IMG/VR virus record: IMGVR_UViG_3300028591_000099
Coordinates: 1-64,000 of that record
Direction: 5' to 3' (one strand)
Source: a virus
Taxonomy: Duplodnaviria; Caudoviricetes
Length of the DNA: 64,000 nucleotides
Part shown: piece by piece, positions 18,692 to 29,042 of the stretch
Layout of the letters: every line of letters starts with the position of its first letter
Position numbering within the stretch: the first letter of the stretch is position 1
Made by a program: the position numbers and the translations under genes
The notes under the pieces: model-generated
What the model saw: only the letters and a program-made list of their open reading frames with translations
What the model was told of the DNA's origin: nothing
Database searches by the model: none

Positions 18692-18813
18692 TTTGTGTTA
18701 CCTCTCTCTTCACTATTATAATAACACACCCGGTTTTAGAAAGCAATACCTAAATGAGTGATTTGTGCGAACGCACAAAGTAGTTTGTGTAATCGCACAA
18801 TGATAGTCTGCTA

Positions 18814-18863
18814 TTAGCACTCCTGCTAGGCGAGTGCTAGCAGTCGGACACTGTGAGTGCTAA
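18814..18863. promoter_or_regulatory. two overlapping CIRCE elements (HrcA operator)
   Basis: TTAGCACTC-N9-GAGTGCTAG (18814-18840) and CTAGCAGTC-N9-GAGTGCTAA (18837-18863). Confidence 0.8.
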
Positions 18864-20357
18864 CAGCAATTCAGGAAAAACAGAAAGTTGACCTATTTTG
18901 TCGAATTTGGCTGCCCAGATTGCGATGGCTACAGTATAGGTAAAAACGTGCCGCCACACCCGGCGCCGGCACGCCAAATCATTTCAAAAATAAAAATAAA
19001 ATAAAACGAAATCATTTTGAAACTGGAAACAAAATCAAAAATCAATGAAAAAAAGACATTTAAATCAAAAAGGCGGTATTCTTATTTTTATTATTTAAGT
19101 TAAAGAAAAATGAACCTTAAAACTCACATTTAATAATAGAAATCTCATTAAAATTATTGATTCCAGAAGATACAGAAAGATAGTTTTAGAAAAAACCTTA
19201 AATAAAAGATGAAAATAGAGCGAATTAAAAAAAATACCTCCTAATTTCGGGAGGGTTCTTGCCCAAACGAAATGCCGCTTGAAAAATGAAATGAGTATTA
19301 CCTTTTTGATTTTATTCCAAGAGGGCATTCGTAAAGACGAGATGTAAAAGAGGGAACAAAGATAACCGGATGAGGGTAAATTGATTTGAAATAACCGGGG
19401 AGGAGATGCGGCAAGGCGTTAAACCGGTCGGAAACACCTGCGGCCGCAAACTCTCATTTCACTACTGGAATAGTATTATTATTCACTCTACAGGCACTCT
19501 TAGTTAAAAGCATTAAAAATTTTATTTTTCAAAGTATTTTTTTAATACGACTTGTATTTTTTATCACACTATCATTTTCAAATAGTATTTATTTCATTCT
19601 ATTTCTAATAGTGAAATTGAAAAAATAGAGCAAAGAAGAGGTTTTTGAAAATAAAGTAAAAAATAGAATAAAATAATTTGTATCTTAAAGGAACGAATGT
19701 AGTTCTCTTTTGGAAAAACCGGGGTCTCTCCTGGTCGGTATCTGGCCTTAGAAAACAGCGAAATAAAATGTAGTTTTAATTTTAGAATTATTAAGAATAT
19801 CCTTAACTAAAAAAGGAAATAAAAAAGAAATCTATTTTATTATTTTGAATTAGAAAAAGTTTTGTATGAAATAAGTAATTAACACCAAAACAAAAAATAC
19901 TATAATTTAAATTATACGGGGTAGGTAGGTGAGGCTATGTTGAACTTTGTGGCTTTGCTAATTAAAACCAAAAGTCCAGATGGAACTGAATAGAAGATGA
20001 AATAGAAAAATAGCACATGAATGGTCTAGATTTTTAACTTAGAAAATCATAGTATGTTTTGAATAGTTGCCTGGATAATACGCTGTTCGGCATCTGTTGA
20101 TTGCGGCAACGCTAGGAATAGTCGTGCCTCTAGGCGTGCCTATGAAAGTTGCTAGAAGTATAGAGGCATGCGTGAGGTCGCCCGCAGGTTAATTGCCTTT
20201 TGGATTGCTGGGTTTGGTGAGTGCGGCTTTTGGGGGTTTTTGGGATGTGGTATTGCCGAGTTGCTGGTGCGAAGTTGCCATAAATTGTTTGCTTATGGGT
20301 GCCCTCTGGGAAGGAGGGCCGAGGACGAAGGCCATATAAGAAAGAGCCTTTCGGCTC

Positions 20358-20768
20358 TTAGATCTCGATTGAGGCTCCTTTTGTTTCAAGGAAGATTGCC
20401 TTATGACCTGCTTTTATCCAAGGTTTGATGTTCTTCATATCATCATCAATCAGTGTGCCTGTCTTTGTCTTCATGTAGTCTACCTTCTTGCCGTTGCCTA
20501 CGATGATGATGATGTGTCGGCGATTGATTTCTGGAAGATACTTTGCTAACCAAGTCAGTTTCCCATTTTTAGCGTCGTTATTGGCTGCTTTAGATAAGAT
20601 GTATACGTTCTGCTTGTTAGCGATCAGTGCCTTTATGGTTGCGATGTTCTCAGTGAATGGCTCAAGGTTGGCAATCCATGTTTCGCTAAGAGCATTTGCT
20701 CTGTTGTATGGTTCTTTATGGAAGTTAGCGATAACGCCGTCCATGTCTACATAGTATGTTTTACGCAT
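20358..20768 (-). CDS. HAD-family 5'(3')-deoxyribonucleotidase-like protein (paralogue of 13731..14144)
   Basis: YVDMDGV and LIDD motifs. Confidence 0.8.
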   Translation of the reverse strand: MRKTYYVDMDGVIANFHKEPYNRANALSETWIANLEPFTENIATIKALIANKQNVYILSKAANNDAKNGKLTWLAKYLPEINRRHIIIIVGNGKKVDYMKTKTGTLIDDDMKNIKPWIKAGHKAIFLETKGASIEI

Positions 20769-20811
20769 TGTGTGTTCCTCTCTCTCTTTACCTTATAGGT
20801 TGCCTACGTCA

Positions 20812-20982
20812 TCAATGTAAGACGATGACGTAGGACTTTGTTGTGTTGTCGTAGTGCATGTAAGAGTTTTTGGACTGTTCGCTATAGACATTCCAATACA
20901 TCCAGCACAGATAGCGATAACTTTTAGCAGTCTTTGTGATTGTTGTGTTGTTTCTTTCATCGATAACTCTATATTCTAACAT
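20812..20982 (-). CDS. small protein (56 aa); ends in TGA TGA
   Basis: GAGAGG RBS; tandem TGA; not in ORF track. Confidence 0.6.
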   Translation of the reverse strand: MLEYRVIDERNNTTITKTAKSYRYLCWMYWNVYSEQSKNSYMHYDNTTKSYVIVLH

Positions 20983-21020
20983 TTTTTTATCCTCTCTTTC
21001 CTTTTCTCTATGTTTTGCCT

Positions 21021-21458
21021 TTACTTTGAGGCTTTAAGCAGACTTGCTAGTGAACAGATTGTCGCATTCTCTCTCTTTACTTCAATGCGTTGACCGTTTG
21101 CGACAATGTCGCAGCCCTTATACCATGGCGTTGTGTTTCTCTTCCACTCTTTGCCCGTCAATCTTTCCAGTAAGTAACGCTCTATTTGTTCGCCTTTGTT
21201 ATACTGGCATTTTGTAAAGATTTCTTCAGTTTTGCCGATACATTCAGCCCTTAATGCAAGTTTACGCTTTTGATTGACTGTTAACGACATACGGATTTTT
21301 TGGTATCCCTTACTGTCTTTTTCCATTAAGCACCATGACGGCTTAATTGCGTTCAATGTAGCAATGTATTCATAACCATTTAATGTAAATGATAACATAA
21401 CGATATCATGGCAACTTTTTGTGTTATATACTTTTAAGTATTTGTTAACGCTTTTCAT
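21021..21458 (-). CDS. hypothetical protein, family F, possible PD-(D/E)XK fold
   Basis: GEQIE...CDI.....EVK; paralogue of 14836..15294. Confidence 0.7.
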   Translation of the reverse strand: MKSVNKYLKVYNTKSCHDIVMLSFTLNGYEYIATLNAIKPSWCLMEKDSKGYQKIRMSLTVNQKRKLALRAECIGKTEEIFTKCQYNKGEQIERYLLERLTGKEWKRNTTPWYKGCDIVANGQRIEVKRENATICSLASLLKASK

Positions 21459-21618
21459 GTTTCTATATTTCCTTTCCTTATCTGAGCCCATTGTAGCAAA
21501 TAGAAAAAAATACGTCAAGAAAAACTTTTATTTTTTTTTCGTGTTTTGTTAGTTGGCACTTTTTTCGCACAAGGCGGGGTGGCGGGGGCCTACATTACAC
21601 GGCCCACCAACGAAAGCA

Positions 21619-21675
21619 TGAAAACGCTTACATACGGGGGTGTAAAAAAGGATAAAAAAAATGTAAACGCTTACA
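21619..21675. promoter_or_regulatory. two cre sites (CcpA)
   Basis: TGAAAACGCTTACA (21619-21632), TGTAAACGCTTACA (21662-21675). Confidence 0.7.
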
Positions 21676-21781
21676 TCCGAAAAGCCCTCCCCACCCCTCC
21701 CGCTAAAACCTTTTTCTAATCGATCCCCTCGATCTCTTACCCCCCCTACCTATTTACGGGAAACCACCGAAAAAGGGGACC

Positions 21782-22036
21782 CTAATCCCCCATTTTAGTT
21801 AATATATGCCAGAAATGTCCCAAACTATCGCTTAGGGTTTTCAAATACCCCTCATTAGGTCCAATCACTGCTCCATCCTCAGCCAATCTGACCGATAACG
21901 TCTGCTCCGCAAAATCATTAGCCTCTGCGACCCAAACCAATAGATGCCCCCTTCTGTCAAAAGCCGCATCTAAAATATGCACCGCCCGCACTTTATAACT
22001 AGTCTGTTCCGTAAAATCATAACACTTAATCTTCAT
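21782..22036 (-). CDS. hypothetical protein
   Basis: coupled to 22026..22664. Confidence 0.65.
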   Translation of the reverse strand: MKIKCYDFTEQTSYKVRAVHILDAAFDRRGHLLVWVAEANDFAEQTLSVRLAEDGAVIGPNEGYLKTLSDSLGHFWHILTKMGD

Positions 22037-22664
22037 TACTCTGTGCCTCCCAAGCCTTTATCACATTACTTACTAAGCCACATCTCTCTAGTTCATCACA
22101 CTCATCTAAATTAATAAAAATTGCGTCGTCCTTAACTTTGTCCTCAAGCCAGCTGCCACCGATCACCGTATCTGCTCGCGCAATCGCCCAGTCAATATCA
22201 CTTTGCACTCCTGGACAAATTACTGCCCAACCACTCTTTAACAATACCTTACAAATCTCGGTATCCCAACAAAGTGCGACCCCCGGGGTAGTATTTAAGG
22301 AATTTAGATAAACATTTACTCCAACTGCCATAGGAGTATTATAATACTGACTCCCATTAACGGCCTTAATCGGCTTTATTATACCTTCCGCTTCTTGTGC
22401 TAACCAAATAGCATCTGAATCAATATCAATAAGTAATTGCTGAAAAGCCCCTTTATTTTCCTCATATTCTTCTACTGGAATTTGATAACTGTCAACATAG
22501 CATCCAACAAATTTACAATCATCAATAATCTTCTTTACTTCTGGATGCTCTCCAATAGAGATAATAGTTAATGAAGGACGTTTGCGCTTGGCCGCTTTGA
22601 CGATCGGTTGAACCTGGCCGCGCAATTCCTCTAACCAATTTTTACAAAAGTTTTTAATCTGCAT
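22026..22664 (-). CDS. degenerate FolD-like (methylene-THF dehydrogenase/cyclohydrolase fold) protein
   Basis: RPSLTIISIGEHP, ARADTVIG, VKDDAIFINL echo FolD motifs; shortened. Confidence 0.5.
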   Translation of the reverse strand: MQIKNFCKNWLEELRGQVQPIVKAAKRKRPSLTIISIGEHPEVKKIIDDCKFVGCYVDSYQIPVEEYEENKGAFQQLLIDIDSDAIWLAQEAEGIIKPIKAVNGSQYYNTPMAVGVNVYLNSLNTTPGVALCWDTEICKVLLKSGWAVICPGVQSDIDWAIARADTVIGGSWLEDKVKDDAIFINLDECDELERCGLVSNVIKAWEAQSNED

Positions 22665-22809
22665 CTATCCTTACCACCTCAAGTTTCATATTTTCTTCAT
22701 CATAATATTCATGAAACAATGCTCTAATTAAAATTAAAGCTGTATTTATATCCATAACTTCAGCAATTACAGTATTATTCCAAATAATTTGATATTTATT
22801 TTCGACCAT
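22654..22809 (-). CDS. small protein (51 aa)
   Basis: GGAGG RBS; overlaps the start of 22026..22664. Confidence 0.55.
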   Translation of the reverse strand: MVENKYQIIWNNTVIAEVMDINTALILIRALFHEYYDEENMKLEVVRIDAD

Positions 22810-22852
22810 TCTATTATCCTCCATTATTATTATACCAAAAATTTTGAAAATT

Positions 22853-22881
22853 TGACAAGTGCTGAAAAAATCTGGTATAAT
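22853..22881 (+). promoter_or_regulatory. sigmaA promoter
   Basis: TTGACA-17-TATAAT with extended TG. Confidence 0.8.
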
Positions 22882-22921
22882 AGAGTAGTATAAAGAAGAG
22901 AAACTCGGGAGGAATGATTCA

Positions 22922-23992
22922 GTGATAAAATTAGATTATACTCTGAATACTCCAGAAGAACGACTTGAGTTAGTTAATAAGATTTTAGAAGAAAATCCTA
23001 ATCCAGAACCCAGATATTTAGAAATCTTAGCAGACTATATAGTCTTCTGTATGGAGAAAGAAGAAAAAAAAGAAAAAAAGATTCTTACCGAAAATCGCTT
23101 AACAACAATTAATAAGAGAGAAATCTCTTATGAAGGCTTAGTCTCTCAGTTTGAAAATGGAGAAGATGGCGTATATAATATAACAAATGAAGATAAGTAT
23201 GTAATATTCCAACCAAAGATATCAATAACTAAAAAAGACAGAGAAGAAATCCCAGAATTAGCTCAGACTGATGCGGCAATAGCATTTTGAAGCGATACAT
23301 TAAAAAAGGTAAGTGGTAAAGATGCGTTTATTGCGAAAAAGGCTCTCATTGAGGCACGTAAAGACCAGTATGTTATTAAGCAATGCCGGAAGCCTCCAGT
23401 GCAAGCAATGCATCCAGTAAGATATGATTATCATATTGAACTACCAGAAAATGTATATATCGGAGAGGATGAAAACCCAATAGCTGAAGGCGTTACGCTA
23501 TTAAATCCAAAAATATGCTCTACTATATTATGTAATTACTCAAAATTAAAACAAAATAGTTGAGACCAATTTAATGGAGACACTTATTATTTAATGATAG
23601 ATTTTGATAGAGTAAGTAGCAAAGCATTAGAGCCTTATCCAATATATGAAAAAATAGTTGAAGCAAAAATTGATGGAAAACAAAATGTTGAAATACAACA
23701 AATTTTAGAAGAAGAATTTGGTGTTAAACATAGTTTAGAATATATTTCATCATTATGACGTAAAAAAATCCCTAATTTAATTGCGTCGGTCGCTGAAGAT
23801 GAGTGATTAGACTGGTATTATTTGAATATTGAAAAAGGTAAATATAAACGTTGCAGCAGATGCGGTCAAATAAAATTGGCTCATAATAAATATTTTAGCA
23901 AGAATAAAACTAGCAAAGATCATTTTTATAGTATATGTAAAGAATGTCGTAATAAAAAAGTACCTATCCCTGGGGCAAAAGAGCATAATTAA
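22922..23992 (+). CDS. 356-aa protein with HTH-like segment and C-terminal zinc finger; possible late-gene regulator (4 TGA=Trp)
   Basis: one frame across TGA 23288, 23561, 23756, 23804; CSRC..CKEC motif. Confidence 0.7.
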
Positions 23993-24030
23993 GAAATACT
24001 CTGGGGTAAAATATATAAAGGAGGTACTAT

Positions 24031-25260
24031 ATGGATATAAATATTGGAAATAATTTAATATATTGCGAAAAATGCCATAAAACATTAAAACGAGGAGAAT
24101 TTTATCAAACAAATAATTTAGACAAATATCCAAATGGTATCGTGCCTATTTGTAAAAAATGTCTAACAATGCATGTTGATAATTGAGACCCAAGCACATT
24201 TTTATGGATTTTGCAAGAAATTGATGTCCCATATATTCCAGAAGAGTGGGATAAACTACTTGCGTCATATGGGTCTGATAGACGTAAAGTAACAGGAATG
24301 ACTATTTTAGGTAGATACCTATCTAAAATGAAATTGAAGCAGTTTAAAGATTGGCGATGGAAAGACACTGAATATTTACAAGAATTAGATCATAAGAAAG
24401 TGCGCGAGGCGCTTGAGGCGAGCGGAGCTACCGCTCAGGAAATCGATCAAGCTATTCGGGAAAGAAGTTTCTTAATTCCAGAAGGGGAATTAACTGAACC
24501 TGAACATGCGGCCGGCGGTGCTGAGGAACAATGAACCCAGATGTCATTCTCAGATAATAGCGAGAGTGCAGAAGATTTGGGATTAAGTGACGAAGATATT
24601 ACTTATTTAAAATTGAAATGGGGCCCAGCATATAAACCATCCGAATGGGTATGACTTGAGCAATATTATAACGATTTTATGGACTCTTATGATATTCAAA
24701 GCGCTGGACATAAAGACACATTAAAAAAATTGGCTAAAACGTCGCTCAAATTAGACCAATTGATTGATTTGGGAGATGTTGATGGTGCCCAAAAAACGCA
24801 AAAAATGTATGATAGCTTAATGAAGAGTGGTAAGTTTACTGCCGCTCAGAATAAAGCTGAAAATGGTGATGTGGTTGACTCGATTGCAGAGCTCGTTATG
24901 ATCTGCGAAAAGGACGGGTTTATACCACGTTATTATGTCGATAAACCGCAAGACAAAGTAGATCGAGTTTTACAAGATTTACAAGAATATACTCACTCAT
25001 TAATTACTGAAGAAACCAATATCGGCAACTTAATCGAGAATGCGGTTAAGCAAATTGAAGAAGATAAGGTTCGTGAAGCAGAAAATGAGTCAGATGCAGC
25101 CAGTGATGAAGACATTTTAGAAGAAGCACTATTCTCAAATGATGTAAATTATATCTCAGATGGTGAATTTAGTGAATTTAATGATTTTGAAGAAGATCTT
25201 GAGCAGCAAGACCAGCAATTTATAGAAGGTTTGAATGAATTTATGGAGGAAAAGAAGTAA
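24031..25260 (+). CDS. 409-aa zinc-finger protein, probable terminase small subunit by position (3 TGA=Trp)
   Basis: CEKC..CKKC; frame joins ORFs 24211 and 24679; directly upstream of terL. Confidence 0.6.
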
Positions 25261-25261
25261 T

Positions 25262-27046
25262 ATGGCACTCCAAGATTTATTACAAATCCAAAAAGACCGA
25301 AGAAAAATCGGTATATCGGATGAGCGATTAGAAGCAATTAAACCAGCAGTGCGTCAGTATATTGCCTACTGGAGAGAATATCCAGATATGTTTGTAGATT
25401 TTTTACAAACAGGACGAGATGGAAAGATACCAGAGAATGGATTGCGGTTCTACTTTTATCAAAGAGTGTTCTTAAGAGCCGCAATGAGATATAAGTATGT
25501 CTATATGGTGTTCCCACGTGCTTATTCAAAATCATTTTTATCAATTTTAGTATTAATGTGCCGCTGTGTGCTATATCCAAGAGCAAAGTTATTTGTAACT
25601 TCTGGTGGTAAAGAACAAGCAGCCGGTATTGTTAAGGAAAAAGTTAATGAAATATGCACATTAGTCCCAGCTTTTGATAGGGAATTGGATCGTAGACCTG
25701 GTAAAACTAGAGAAGGTAAGGACTATGTATGTTATATGTTTAAGAATGGCTCATTTTTCGATAATATTGCGGCCAGTGAAAAATCAAGAGGTAAACGTAG
25801 ACATGGCGGGCTCGTAGAAGAGTGCGTTGGCGTTGATGGTGAGATCCTATCCCAGGTTATTATCCCTACCATGAACGTCTCAAGACTTTGCATGGACGGG
25901 ACTACGCAGAATGATGAGACCTTGAATAAATCGCAGATCTATGTCACGACCGCAGGCTACAAGAATACATATGCGTATGACCGTTTAATCCAGTTCTTAG
26001 TATGAATGGTCACTGAGCCAGAAAAGGCCATTATCATGGGCGGCACATACCGTATTCCAGTATTAGCAAAGTTATTGGATAAGAACTTTATTCAAGACTT
26101 AAAACGAGATGGCACATTTAATGAAGCATCATTCCAAAGAGAATATGAATCTGTATGGAGTGGAACTTCAGCAGATGCGTTCTTTAATGGAGATGCATTT
26201 GATAGAAATAGATCACTCCAGAAGCCAGAATATGAATATTCTGGGAGATCTAGTATGCAGAGTTACTATATACTTTCTATGGACGTGGCACGTCATAGTT
26301 CAGGTAAAGATGGGTGTGACAGTGTTATTACTGTATTTAAAGTAACTCCACAAAATTATGGAGATGTTTCAATTAAATCTTTAGTGAATTTATATTCATT
26401 AGAAAATATGCATTTTGAAGACCAAGCTATTTGAGTAAAACGATTGTTTTATAAATATAAAGCTAGAAGAGTCGTAATTGATGCGAATGGTCTTGGCACT
26501 GGATTAATTGATTTTATGGTAAAGCCACAAACTGATCCATTAACTGGTGAAGAGTATCCAGACTTTGGTGTAATTGGAGGAACAACTCCAGATATTGAAC
26601 AAGATTATAAAAAGTTTAGAACTGAACGAACAGAACAAGACGCAATGTATCTAATGAAGGCAAATGCTCCGATTAATACTGAAGCACACTCCAATGTCCA
26701 AACGCAGTTAATATCTGGTAAAATAAAGTTCTTAATAGATGAACGTGTTGCTAAAAATAAATTATTAGGAACATCTAAAGGTAAACAAATGACCCCCGAA
26801 GAAAGGGCAGAATATTTAAAACCGTATACTCTAACTTCCATATTAAAAGAGGAGATGTTAAACCTTCGCGAAGAAAATGAAGGTGTTAATATTATCTTAA
26901 AACAGGCTAATCGTGGTATAAAAAAGGATAAATTCTCAGCCTTTGAATATGGATTATACTATATAAAACAAGAAGAAGATAGTAAGAAAAAGAAAAAGAA
27001 AAGATTTAATGCCGCTGATTGAAAATTTAGTTCGCATATAGGATAG
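25262..27046 (+). CDS. terL: terminase large subunit, 594 aa (3 TGA=Trp)
   Basis: PRAYSKS Walker A-like, RGKR..LVEE Walker B-like, YVTTAG, RNase H-like SMDVA/IDANG/KKDKFSA; TGA at 26003, 26432, 27020. Confidence 0.9.
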
Positions 27047-27055
27047 GAGGAAGTT

Positions 27056-27415
27056 ATGAGGGCTAGTAGAGGAGAAATTAAAATTGAAGAAATCTTGACT
27101 GCGGCCGGGCTTAACTTCAAGGAGGAACTATCGTTCGAAGGATTGAATAGTTCGAACGGGAGACCATTGCGATTTGACTTTGCTGTATTTGATGATGATG
27201 GCAATTTAGATTTTTTAATTGAATATCAAGGTCGTCAGCATTATGAAGCAAGTGGTAAGTTCGGTGGTAAAAAAGGATTTTATCAACAACAATACAACGA
27301 TGCGAAAAAACGTAGATTTTGTCAGTTACATGATATAAAATTAATTGAAATACCATATACTGATGAAAATCTGATTAGTTATGACTATATAATTGAAAAA
27401 GCATATGGCAAATAA
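27056..27415 (+). CDS. DUF559/Vsr-like endonuclease
   Basis: LRFDFAV..IEYQGRQH..D..K..C....IKLIEIPY. Confidence 0.75.
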   Translation: MRASRGEIKIEEILTAAGLNFKEELSFEGLNSSNGRPLRFDFAVFDDDGNLDFLIEYQGRQHYEASGKFGGKKGFYQQQYNDAKKRRFCQLHDIKLIEIPYTDENLISYDYIIEKAYGK

Positions 27416-27427
27416 GGAGGTGGAACT

Positions 27428-29032
27428 TTGGAGAATAAAGATAGACAAGATGCCATTAGAGAAAAAGGTTTCTCAATGGCTGGAAATTCTACCACTGAGT
27501 ATGGGAAGATTAAAGTCGGAGTAAAAACTTTAGAAGATGCCATTTTAAACTTAGGTGCCTATAGACGAATTGATATTGGATGCGGTCGGTATTTTGATAA
27601 ACACGATATTCTAAAAGCTATCGCGACAAGAGATTACCGATTGATTAGAGCAATTTCAGACTTTTTTTATAGAACTAATGGTATTTATCAAAGAATTTGT
27701 AATTATTATGCTACAATGTATAGATGGGATTGGTATACTGTGCCAGCTATTTATGATGAAAAAATTTATGAAAATGATAAAAAAAGTTTAGCAGTTATTA
27801 ATGATTTTTTTAAAACATTGGATTATTTAGATAATACTCATATTAAAAAATTATGTGGTGATATTGCTTTAAAAGTCATCAAATATGGTGTTTGTTATGG
27901 CTATATTATCGAAGGAGAAAATGGAATATTATTCCAAGAGCTACCCGCTGAATATTGCCGTTCTAGATACTTTATAAATAATATGCCAGCTATTGAATTC
28001 AATATGGCATATTTTGATGAAAGATTCCATGATGTAAACTATAGGATGAAAGTTTTAAAGATGTTCCCTAAAGACTTTCAACGAGGATATTTATTATATA
28101 AAGAGCGTAAGCTTGAACCAGATTTCATCGGTGATATAGGTTGTTGGTATTTATTGGATCCGACTTATGCTGTAAAATTTTCATTGAATGGAGCCGGAGA
28201 GTTACCATTATTTATTAACGTAATACCTGATTTAATTAATTTAGATGCTGCACAGGACCTCGATCGCCGCAAGCAGATGCAGGACTTGTTGAAAATTATT
28301 GTTCAAAAACTTCCAATAGATAAGAACGGCGATTTAATCTTCGATGTTGATGAAGCTAGAGATATTCATAACAATACAGTTGCGATGTTACAGCATGCTA
28401 TTGGAACCGATGTTATTACTACATTTGCGGACGTCGATTCTATCGAACTATCTGATACGCGAGACAATGATAGTGATGATCTCGAACGTGTAGAGCGAAC
28501 AGTCTACAATACCGCAGGTGTATCAAAAGGGTTATTTAATTCTGAAAGTAATTTAGCGTTAGCTAGTTCTATCTTAGAAGATGAAGGTGTAATGCGTGAT
28601 TTAAAGTTGCAATTCGAAATTTTATTTGATACAATAATTCAGAGAAGAGTGAAGAATAAAAAGAAATATAACTTTAGATTTTATATATTAGATACAACGC
28701 AATATAACTATAAAGAATTATCTAGAATGTATAAAGAAGAAATGCAAATTGGTTATGGTAAAATGTTCGCACAAATTGCATTAGGACATTCTCAAAACTC
28801 AATATTAAATACTGCTTACTTTGAAAATGATATTTTAGGATTAAGTGAAGTTATGATTCCGCCTATGATGTCATCTACTATTGGTAGTGAAGATATTCAA
28901 GCTTTGGGCAAACGTAATAAATCTGGCAATGGGAATAGTCAAAATAATACAGAGGAAAATAGTGTAGGTCGTCCGGCAAAAGATGAAACAGAGCTGAGCG
29001 ATAAAACTATTGCGAACAAGGAATCAATGTAG
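27428..29032 (+). CDS. portal protein
   Basis: 534 aa, position after terL, C-terminal GRP motif. Confidence 0.75.
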   Translation: MENKDRQDAIREKGFSMAGNSTTEYGKIKVGVKTLEDAILNLGAYRRIDIGCGRYFDKHDILKAIATRDYRLIRAISDFFYRTNGIYQRICNYYATMYRWDWYTVPAIYDEKIYENDKKSLAVINDFFKTLDYLDNTHIKKLCGDIALKVIKYGVCYGYIIEGENGILFQELPAEYCRSRYFINNMPAIEFNMAYFDERFHDVNYRMKVLKMFPKDFQRGYLLYKERKLEPDFIGDIGCWYLLDPTYAVKFSLNGAGELPLFINVIPDLINLDAAQDLDRRKQMQDLLKIIVQKLPIDKNGDLIFDVDEARDIHNNTVAMLQHAIGTDVITTFADVDSIELSDTRDNDSDDLERVERTVYNTAGVSKGLFNSESNLALASSILEDEGVMRDLKLQFEILFDTIIQRRVKNKKKYNFRFYILDTTQYNYKELSRMYKEEMQIGYGKMFAQIALGHSQNSILNTAYFENDILGLSEVMIPPMMSSTIGSEDIQALGKRNKSGNGNSQNNTEENSVGRPAKDETELSDKTIANKESM

Positions 29033-29042
29033 GAGGGACCAC

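Noticed and set aside
5739-20428. ORF-track calls such as 5739..5954, 5816..6040, 15479..15826, 19095..19328, 20168..20428 and antisense ORFs over real genes
   Set aside because: No RBS, low-complexity or shadow frames overlapping regulatory DNA or better-supported genes.
6699-20982. Uniform code 4 (Mycoplasma-like host)
   Set aside because: Nine early genes stop at TGA, supported by a paralogue alignment, terminator overlap and a tandem TGA TGA.
5500-21700. CRISPR array or integron
   Set aside because: No fixed-length repeat-spacer periodicity, no attC-like sites and no integrase; the repeats are promoter and operator motifs.
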